NCBI GenBank assembly: GCA_002633005.1
Contig: NMRA01000490.1
Location: 230,170 to 294,169, forward strand
Reading direction: 5' to 3'
Length of the DNA: 64,000 bases
From: Phoronis australis
Taxonomy: Eukaryota > Animalia > Phoronida
The translations under genes and the position numbers were made by a program. The notes beneath the pieces were generated by a model, which was not told the origin of the DNA, did no database searches, and was given only the letters and a program-made list of their open reading frames with translations. The first letter of the stretch is position 1; every line of letters starts with the position of its first letter. Below are positions 54,001-64,000 of this stretch, piece after piece.

Positions 54001-55339
54001 AGGGGGCAAGTTATCGACTTCATGGAACTTGCTCAAAGAGCTTCGTTTCGTAGTGAGCAACTGGAATGGTAACTTTTTCGAAGATTTTCGTGCACTTGTC
54101 TCACCTCATTGAGGAAAGGAAATTTGACCGAGTCCTCTGACTGCGATTGTTTTGATTTCAAGTTAACCTCCTTCATTACCGAACAGTCACTGCGACCATG
54201 ACGGCGACATCTCGTGCAGTAACTCCTGGTGCAAATTATAGGTAATTGAAATAGTAGAACTCGAATAATACGCTTACGTTTTATGCCACCTATAAATTGC
54301 TTAGCTGCTGACACTGAGTGACACCCCCAAATGAGGAGAAGGCCGTAGTTTGGAGAGGGCCTGCCGCACATGGTTCATGGAGAAACACGGGTACAAACGC
54401 TTCCTTTAATCGAAAACTGGCCCGTAGATTGCCGTTCATGCTGCAAAGAGGATTAACACATTCCGCAGCTGGTCCAGTGTTTATTTTCGATCATCGAAAT
54501 TGTACAGTTTCCACTTGTCATGGGTCCACGTACAGACTGTAACAATACGTGAAGACATCTCCAACTCGGACTCTGAGGTACTGCGATGAATAATAAGCAG
54601 GTCTGATCGAAGTGTTGACTCTCACCGGACGTTAAAGGTTATTGCAGTGTGGCTATCTTCCTTCTGTACTATCCTGCTTGTCTTCATACCTTCAAGACCA
54701 TTTCAATCACTAAGCGGCTTCATCGGTTGAAATAGTGCATTTCGGGAACGTCTTCCATATACTTTCCGTCAGGTGTCGTGGTTGTTGACGTCTTCCAAGT
54801 GGTGGTAGGCCTACTGTTTCCTTCGTTTAGGCTTACACCTTCTATTGAAAGGATTTTCACAGAGTTATTACTTTCGGAAAGCCAATTTGAACAAGCCATT
54901 TTTAGAAAGTTAATGGGATGTATTTCTTGTCATTCACTGAATTTATCCAAGTCTTCCGAAGAGTGCTTTTGAGGTATTATAGTGATTGTGACGAACAGGA
55001 GAGAAACATCAAAAAGCTAGAATCACATCTGTGATAAGTTAAACAACTTCTGACACGCAGTGACAACAGATAGCCAAGATTTTCATGCCGCGTTTACTGT
55101 ATATTATGCACTTCGCCAAGTAAGAGTGATTAATTGTCTTCTGCAATTATTAAACTGTCCGTTAGTTCTCGAGAGGCTTCGCTGAGCAAAGCCTTATTTC
55201 AATTACGTGTTAATCTTCATTGTTGACCTCCATGAATATAGGCAGTCAAGAGACACGATACTAATCTCTTGATTTATGAGTTAAATATCGTACAATAATT
55301 GTTATACAACACGACGTGGAGTAATTTCTAAGGTTTAAC

Positions 55340-55528
55340 ATGGCTGCCGGAGTTGCTGCGAATCTCGCCAACAATATTAACAGGCACGACTCGCCCATGA
55401 TGGGCAGCCGCGACAGCAAGACACTGTCAAAGCAAGTTTCGGTGCTTGTGGAAGGGAAGAAAATCAAAGTCTCCGATCCCGTGCTCCTTCGAACCAAAAC
55501 AGTTGACGACACTTTCCGTCGCATGGAG
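55340..55528 (+). CDS. Alternative first coding exon (63 aa, MAAGVAANLANNINRHDSPMMGSRDSKTLSKQVSVLVEGKKIKVSDPVLLRTKTVDDTFRRME, phase 0)
   Basis: aacATGG Kozak; coding-like GC rise over 189 nt; strong donor GAG|gtaagc at 55529. Confidence 0.75.
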
Positions 55529-58500
55529 GTAAGCCTCGTACGCGATACTGGCAACGAATTGCATTATGGGTGCTTCACTGTAGGCGCCATCTTTGAATAA
55601 GTGGTGTTTATCGCAATGAAACTTCAATTTATTTTTATAACTGCACTATTTATTGGTTTTCAATTTTACGAATTTAACACCAGTTTTTATGTACTGTAAA
55701 TGTATTATTTACAAGATCAAGTTCTCGGTGCTATCGATTCTGGAAATCAATTCTATACAGTTGATAGTGTAGTGAATTGATGCTGTTCTGGGCAAATGTT
55801 CAAAAGATCTACAAGATCGATAAGGTGGTGAACATTTCAAGATTAGCCTTAGCATTGATGTCTCATGGGTGTTTTCACTAATATCAATGGTAGATATCTC
55901 AAGAACCAATACCTACTACAACTGCTGCATGTTTATTCCCTCGGATGTATGGATATTACCAGACCAACACTTACCTCGTGTTGCCTAAATTGTTTATGAG
56001 ATATTGCGCCCTGCGCGTTAATTAGTCAGTGAACGCTCTATTAAAACGTGTCCCGTAGCTGATACTTGTCAGTCAAACTCGTTCTAAGAACAACTCACTA
56101 AAACCTCGGACCACTGATTCACCTCCGGAGCGGGGTTTTTTAGTCCGAGCTAAAACCTGGCGGCAGTTACTTTTCTTTTGGTAACTACATAATGCAACTG
56201 ATTTTTTTGCCACTCCTTCTAATAGTTTACCTCACGGTGACCCATGAGTCGGCTTTTCGTTGCACTGAGTTCACTTCAACGATCCTCAACGCAGAATTGC
56301 GTGAGATTACGAGTTCAATTAGTTTGCTGAAGATTGTTTAGAGAGCGCATTAGCCGCAGGGAACAGTTAAGTGGAACAAAGTTGTTACGTTAACTGCTAG
56401 CGGGTCCTCGCAGCTAATTTCCCACCGCCAAAACTGGCTCCTGCCGCTTCTAGCTTCTCTGAGGAAGCTAATATAGTCAGAAGCCAATGCTCTATTCATT
56501 AACACTTGCATCGAGTATTAGAGTGGATTAGATTTAATGGCATGCCGAATGTGTCGCCATGACATTTTCAAATAATCTACTCTCGTGTCTTTTATCTGAT
56601 ATCAAAGACGTGCTGTGTTTCAATGACCGGTAAAATTGAGTCATATTGGTAAGTGCAAAGCGTTTGAATCTGTTTTGGTAAAAAAATGGTGATGATGTTC
56701 ACGGTCCCACGATAACCGATAACCCGGGCTGAGCTACGCTGACACAAGCACTGCCTAGCCTGGGTTTCGTGCTTTGCTTGTAATACGTTGCACATGACGA
56801 TATCTCCCTAAGGCGTGCTGGGATCTACCAAGTCATCCGAAACACCTCGAGAATTTTTGTAATCTCAAATTGCCCTCGAAAGTAAGTGTTATCTGCACCG
56901 GTGCGAGCTTCAGTCATATTACCAAACATTGTGTCCAGTTAGAAAGTCACATAACGCGATGACTGATGTCCGCACATGCGCAGACAACGTAACTAAAGGA
57001 AATATGAAGCCACGAAACTGCTCGAGGTGTTCCGAATGCTTTACATTTAACATCCAGAACAGCTCGGGTATCTTCCTAGCCTGAAATGTTAGGCCACGTA
57101 GGCCCTAAATACCCGATTTGTTCCTTGGCCGGATGCAGGCCAGTTATCGAACCTACACCATGTCTTTTTAAATACAGTTACACAGCATATAGTTTTGTAG
57201 TCGGTAAAATGTCGATTTGCTGATGACTGTGTTGGAGTCGATACTCGATCCCGAAATCATGTTACCGATTTCCTGTACGAGAATATTTGAAAATTTCAGA
57301 CTTACTATTCAGTATTTAAATCTAGTTATAGATAGTGATATTCCACGCACATACATTTAACTATGTCTCTTTTATTTTGTGTTGGATATTGTAGTATACG
57401 TTGTTTGGATTAACTGTCGTGTTTACGTCATTAGCGTATGGAAAGCATTGGTTGGCCTTATTATAGAAGATCTATTTTGAGGGAGGAATATATATATAGG
57501 GTAAATGCACTAATCTTTATCACAGCGTTAAGGTATCGCTGTTCTGTGTTCTGAAAATTTTCCTCTTTGAATAAAACGAGTATTGTTAGCTCATGCATGT
57601 GGCTAGTGGTCAGTGCGGTGCTTTGTAATCCGTTTTTTCAGTTCTCCGGTTCTCTATTGTAAAATTGCGCCTTGGCTTCGCCGCACGGGTACCCGAGACA
57701 GTACCATGCGATAGCAATCGTGACAGGACTGCCTGCACCCCGGTCCCTCCCCCAACTAACAACTAAAACGAGAACGCAATTGATCAAATAACTCACTCGA
57801 AATTATACCGAGAAGGCAAAATACTCAGGCACCCGCATTAGAGAGCCCCGCCACTGAACCTGCGTAGGCCTTCATTCCAGCCGTCTTTCGGAAAAAAGCT
57901 CCAACAAAGACATGTGAAATTGTAAATTGCAATTTTATTAAAAAATGTTTATTCGGTATGTTTAGAATTTGTAATCTACATGTGAACTATTTTTCGTGTA
58001 TTGGGATTTAGCCGATTTTTCAAGTTAGGCCTACTCCCGTCCCAAGGCAGTACCACTCAGGCGCATCTATGGAAACAGTAACGAGCAGCATCTACTGCTG
58101 ATTTTTAGGAAAATCGACATTACGTGAGAATGCACAACTTTGTAGCCCTTGCGTTTAGAACCCTATGAATATGCAGCATCGATTACAGCCAATATTGATC
58201 TTCCCCGAGGAAGCAACAACAGCCGGTTTCAGAAGCTCATCCTCAGATTCACGCATGTGTCGCCATCTAACGTCAATGTAAAGTAGCGATAAGCGACCTC
58301 CTATCCAGCATCTTAGATTGTGGACTAAGCTGCAGTGAAAAGATTGCATTGGAAACTGTTATTGAGGTTCATGGGAGAAAATGCCACATACAATGACGAT
58401 CTATCCGAAAAATTTCAACGGAACTTCAAATGTTGGTAGGCGTATTAGGCTAACGCTAAGCCCCAAAACGGTAACGCACTGATGCCGACTCTTTAACAAT

Positions 58501-59276
58501 GCTCTCGATATTTCGCCGCGATTATGAGTTCTTACTTGTAGACAGTGATTTTTGAGAAAGCTCTTAACCTCTTTTGAAAAAACTTCCGACTGTCTTGCCG
58601 AGTTCAGGCTAAAGTCGGATAATGTTCGCACTGGAATAGGTAGTGCAATAACCCCCCGCGCTGCTTTCTCAATCAGAAAATAATTATGCCAAGCTACCCG
58701 TATTATTTGGATTAATAACGATTTCTTGGCTGGTGAAGAATTGACAATTCTGTATTTCTTCGAACCAAGCTCATTAATTTTCTGGAATCATTAACTTCCT
58801 AACAACTTGTGTGTGTTATGGTGGTCAAGCCAGTCTCGCCATCTGGTGACTTGCACAGGTTGATGTCAGCCTCCGAATCGGTACGAGTCCGCCAGAAGTC
58901 GTAAATTATGCAACTAGTTTCAATTCTAGGTAATAACGAGAACACAGTGGCATTTGGAACTACAAGCCAATGTGAGATTCATGCACTTGTTACTATCGTA
59001 TATGCGCATTTTAAACCCATAAACTGCACCAAGTCCTATTTTCGGAATGACGTAACCTCCAATTAGGAATTTTGTGTCATCTTGTTCTATAGCGAGTGTT
59101 TCTGGCTTCCTGGTACCAGTTAAACCAAAAAACAACTGAGGCAAAAGAGGTGCTGTCGCTTACAACGGGCTGGGGATTGCCGTCGCGAACGCGACAAATG
59201 TCCACGTCTTCAAACAGAATTACTGGGACTTTGTGCGTGGTTCGTTACTGTGGACCTCAGCTCATTACTATTTCAC

Positions 59277-59464
59277 TCTATTTTATTTTATTTATTTAAC
59301 AAATTTTACTAATTTTAAACTAATTCACTTTATTAGCTTTTCGATCTAATTGTACATAGCTGTCTGTATTTTATTTCATGTAATTATTTCTGACTGGTCC
59401 CACTTGAAAATTAGTGTATACACTGAAGGGGTCTTTTAAAGAAGTTTAAATAAATAAATAAATA
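59277..59464 (+). mobile_element. LINE-like 3' end fragment with (TAAA)n tail
   Basis: AT-rich UTR, a ctggtcccacttgaaaattagtgtatacactgaaggggtc stem-like motif, then taaataaataaata. Confidence 0.4.
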
Positions 59465-60100
59465 CTCAGTTTAGGGATAACCGCCTTCTCTTAGGCGCAT
59501 GCACCTATACATCACTTGAGTATAAAGTACATTAAAAATTTGCAACACACGTGGGAGTGGCGGGTATACAAATAGACGAGAAAAGACTATTTGTTTATAA
59601 AATTCCTGTGAATCATAACTTAAATTATAACCTTATTTGTGTTTAGGAAATGAAAATAGGAATTTCTTAAAAACGAAATTAACACTCCGACAGGTGAGGT
59701 TAGCGGCTGTTGACAATAGTTTCGTCTTAGGCTATATTTAGTATTGAAGACAAACAATAGGTAGCGCAGTAAGCATTGCACTAAGCATTGATTTATTAAA
59801 CTAGCATGTTAACGATAGTTTTTGCGAATATTCGGCCTATTTGTTTTTTGTGTTTGCTTCTGTTAAAAATCTATAAGCAGAGTAAATTAGATGTCATATG
59901 TTTAGTTTTGTTCGCATCGACTGTGCGAAATTTTAGAAGTCAGAATGAGTACTTAGTTCTTATTGGATAATGATAACGAGTCTCGCCATAAATGGAGTGT
60001 GATACCAAAAAGCTGACCGATGTGTGATCTGGATGTTGTTTTGTGAAACATTTTGGTATGCCATGTGCTAGTTTGTTTGAAGCAATCTTTGGACTGCGAC

Positions 60101-60151
60101 ATGGCTTCAGACAAGGACGATTTAGAAAGTCGCGAAGGGTCTGAATCGACA
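60101..60151 (+). CDS. Alternative first coding exon (MASDKDDLESREGSEST, phase 0)
   Basis: gacATGG Kozak; acidic Ser-rich N-terminus; consensus donor ACA|gtaagt at 60152; lies near the downstream edge of the CpG-rich domain. Confidence 0.65.
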
Positions 60152-62102
60152 GTAAGTTTTAGCAGGCGTATATGTTGCCTGCAACCAACCATGCGCATGT
60201 CTCATTCATTAGTTGCCCGTTTCTGTATCGCATCGGGACTAAGCATTTTGATTTTGATTTTGCCCGCTCATCACATCAACACTGTATGCGCAAAATTTCG
60301 TTAGGCGAATTGCCAGTTTTGAGTCTTGGTCAATTTGTAACTTTGTAGACGTAGTCGGGCTACAGACTCGATTTATTCGATCTCCCACCAGCAGTTTTGC
60401 TATAGACTGTAGGCAACTTATTGCCTGTAGGGCGTTTTAATCTAATCAAAGAGTTTTGATTTGTTTTTGATGTGTCTAGCTCACTTAGTGTTGATTTAAG
60501 GATCAACCTCTTGATCAAATTATTTCTTTTCCAATTAATTTGCCATTGCAGGCTTATAATATGGCTGACAATGTTGATATACTTGTTTTATCATTTCATT
60601 CTATTCCATTATTTCTTTGAGAGAAAATGAACTTAATTTAACTTTTGATGAAGCGAACTCATTTTTAGAAACCAAACAGTTAAAATATCACGAAGCTCAG
60701 TCTACGACATTGCAATTAATTTCTGTAAGTGTGTTATTGGTACAGTCACCCCTTATGTTCAAAGCTGCCAGTCGCTCAACACAGAAAGAAGTTAGATCAG
60801 TGTTGACGATAAGCAGAATTGATGACGCCAACAGTTTTTATACAAATCTATTGAAGAAGGTTTGATGAAACTGGCCGAGTACTTAATGTTCAGCTATCAT
60901 GATCGGATCTCTGCACAAGTTCAAAAAGATGTCATTAGTAACGGGAATGAAACCCTAAAATAGATTCTGGCCGACTGGTCACCCGTGACATGAATTTTAT
61001 GAGCTTAGTCTGAGGAAATAACAAACAGCTTGTCCTTTTCAAGCCCAAAAGTCACTTTTTTGGACTCGGGAGCAATTTGAGACTAATTTCATAACGGCAA
61101 GTGGTCTAAACAAAACATGATTTTTTGACAGCTAAATACACAAGCTTAATGCCAGTTTAGTGCTGGTTTTAGAAATAGAAATTTTGTAAAACACAATCCA
61201 CCCCATTTTCACTTGGCAATTTGTGAACGTGGTCAATGAGGTTAAACTTTTTATTTCTTGTGGGAAGGTACGGGATGTGCTACTGTGACTAATAATTTAT
61301 ACACCGTCAATCCTATCAGGAATGCCAGGTGGGAAAGATTAAGGTCTTACCAGCTGTACACCTGAACTGTTTCTTTTTATGTTGATATCACATGCAATAT
61401 GGTTTAACTCATCAATAATAAAGTCATTTGTAGAAAGTTCAAATGCAATTGGACTGTTGTTGTGATTTACTTGTGGATTAAATGCATTTGGTAGAAATTC
61501 TGAGCTCTTTTAATGAAATCTAGTCTGAACCAGGCACACGTACGGTAGTGTAGCACTAAGCCTTGAACAATTAGGCCTACTTACACACTCAGTGTCAATT
61601 TGGTGTTATGAAATGTTGAAGTTTATTATTTGATAAACTACAGACACCTTGGTAGCCATTAATTAACACTTTTTAAAAGATAAAATCATTAAATTAACTT
61701 TATGAGATACAATCATCAAATTCTAAAACCACAGTAACTTATTACGTTATCTCGTTATCTCGTATTGTGTCACGATAAGATAATAACGAATTGTTATTAT
61801 AAGGTTTAAGAGCGATTGTGTTGTCTTCACTGCCCAAGCCGCTCGCTGTTGCAGTTGTATGAAACATGCTAAATTGTGTCATTTTTTGGATGCCATTTTA
61901 ACAATCACTTGTAACAGTCCAATGTCATTTGACTAAACCAAGCAATGTGGACTTTCAAACACTGCCATTGGGTTATTTACGTCACAGTGTCATTTACTTG
62001 AAGTATTTTTTGAAGATTTTTAAATTACATTCCTCAACTAGACTCAGTAACATCAACTACCTAGCAACTGGTACTTAAGAAATTCATTGTGTCAGTTATT
62101 AA

Positions 62103-62417
62103 AGGGATACTAAACCCTGTTTTGATGATTTCAGCCAATCCTTCATCATCTGCTTATGCATCATTGGCGTCAATCTTGAAAGATAGAAACAGGAATCCAC
62201 TAAAACCGCCCAGTGTCACAGATTGGATAGTATGGTTGTTGAGGGGAGGTCTTCCCCGACAGCTGTAATTTGCTAAAAGTGTAGGTTACGCTTTCCCGTT
62301 TAGCGGACATCGAAAGAAGTTCTCAAATTTTCCTCCAATCTTTTGAGGGTTGCCGAGGGTTATAGAGCATTATTTTGTTTCAGGGAATTAGATGGGAATG
62401 TTGGGTTTGGTATCCTT
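62103..62417. mobile_element. Kolobok-type MITE (TTAA TSD)
   Basis: TTAA at 62099-62102 and 62418-62421; TIR AGGGATACTAAACCC / GGGTTTGGTATCCTT. Confidence 0.75.
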
Positions 62418-63771
62418 TTAACATTAATCCAAGTGATTTATTTTTTAATTCGGTTGTACTTTAAGTAATTACAGAACCATTTAAGTGATGTCAGTGTTTG
62501 AAGTTGTCACATTTTAAAGTACGTGTAACATGACTAGACATCTATTCCTCAATTGGCAGCAGGAAATGAAGTATTGGCTTGGTCAGAGTATGGACTAATG
62601 GTGAAACTTTTTTCAAGTTCTAAATATTTGCCTCGGTATTGTTTCTTGTTAAGTAAACACTGACTGAATGGTGAAGAGAAATATTGTGATACAGCTGAAT
62701 TCTTCGATTGCAAATATTTTTGTTCTGTAGAAATGTAACCCAAATTAACTCAACTAATTGCACGACGTGGTTGAGCCATGTTCACTTGAGTAGCCTATTG
62801 AACGCTTGTCCCTAGCACATGGCGTGTTTCCATGGACTTGTCGATGTATTGATTCTACTCTCACTTGTTTTAACCATATATGCTCTTGAGTCATCAACAT
62901 ATGTGGCTGCTCTAATCCTTGAGTCGAATTTTCAAGGTCATTCCCAAGGTCATCCTTTTTGATGCGTTTGTTCCTGCCCCTTAAGTTTTGCAATTGCAAT
63001 ATGCTCTTTAGTGTTCGTTCAAACTGTGCTTTGTTTCAGTAGCAGTTGGCTCTGATGGAATACTCTAGCAAAAGATTTGAGAGGTCACCTCTATTGGTAC
63101 TTTTAAATCTTCTTACATAGTTGATAGTCCACTGGTTATTTAGGATTAAAAATGTCCACATTTGGGTAACCCCGGAACATCACATTTCAGAAATGTCCGA
63201 TTCCCGACTATAGTAACTTTTAAGGAAAATTTACACGTTGGTTGTCACAGTTTGGAGCACAGCTTTCACCAAACAACATTCGGTGGAATTTAAGGTTACA
63301 CAACATATGAAATCTTCATGCATTTTTAACATAGTGATTCAGCTTATAGAACTACAATGATTACTAAAACTATTTTAAATTGGTATTGAACCTTGGCCTT
63401 GGTTGAACTTGGTCAAATTTAGCCACAAGAGGGCAGCGTGCGCATGTGTGTGACTGAGAAGTGAATATCTCGGCTAACAAATAATATCAAAAACAAATTG
63501 TGTTGAGATCAGACCCAGGCTTCGGAGTGGTTGCAGCCCAGCAGTTTGCTAGTAGAACTAAAATCTAATGTGGCTAGTCCTCCAGTATAAATATCCTACA
63601 TAACTGAGAAGGTCACCAGCCTCAGTTACAATTAAATCTTCCGAATGGCTAGAAGCCAATTCCAGGATCCCTGATTTCTAATTAAATCACGAAACAACAA
63701 ATTTTGTTTTTTTTATTGCTCTTACCAAAGCTAGTAACTTTACAAAGTCTGTATCCAACCCATCAATAATC

Positions 63772-63855
63772 ATGAAAATGTGTTTTTCCGACCACGAAAG
63801 TAATTGTTTCCTTTTCAAGGCTCTTGTGATAAGCACCCTCACCTTGGGTTTGGCT
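63772..63855 (+). CDS. Candidate alternative first coding exon with a hydrophobic, signal/anchor-like N-terminus (MKMCFSDHESNCFLFKALVISTLTLGLA, phase 0)
   Basis: atcATG context; consensus donor GCT|gtgagt at 63856; TATAAAT near 63586 upstream. Confidence 0.5.
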
Positions 63856-64000
63856 GTGAGTATGTTTGGGAAATGACAGATATAACGTGCCCGCATTTTG
63901 AGAACCAGTTTTCTCCACTGAATAATGGGTGTCAAACTGGTGAGCGCGTTTTATCCGTATGTATGTGCCTGGATATACTGTGTCTTAATTATCAAGGTGA

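Noticed and set aside
34123-56648. Further ATG-to-GT mini-frames in phase 2 (near 34123, 45168, 54022, 54198, 56623)
   Set aside because: Out of phase with the better-supported phase-0 set and expected by chance; some could be non-coding 5' exons.
55340-63855. Naming the large gene as hexokinase or another specific gene
   Set aside because: Evidence is only circumstantial (phase-0 alternative first exons, HRE and DR1 motifs); no conserved domain lies in the window.

Overview
AT-rich eukaryotic (animal, most likely marine invertebrate) genomic DNA with spliceosomal introns; no prokaryotic operons, rRNA, intact tRNA or CRISPR array were seen, and most of the supplied ORFs look spurious. From left to right: (1) the last two coding exons of an unidentified + strand gene (1559-1649, 8163-8251); (2) a probable spliced - strand transcript starting from a TATA/CCAAT promoter at ~15.9 kb and ending inside that gene's last intron; (3) from ~17.3 kb to the end, the 5' region of a large + strand gene that appears to have a ~46-kb array of alternative first coding exons. 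Each is an ATG followed by a short N-terminus ending at a phase-0 GT donor, and the N-termini differ widely (possible myristoyl, acidic, phospho-motif and hydrophobic types). The shared exons were not found and probably lie beyond the window. The region also holds a decayed TTAA-flanked Kolobok transposon with THAP and KolX (P2X7-ballast-like) remnants, several MITE families, a LINE 3' fragment, a tRNA-derived SINE and minisatellites. A ~1.5-kb duplication joined at an N is probably two haplotypes, each with its own transposon insertion. All exon calls are read by eye from splice signals and need RNA-seq or homology confirmation.
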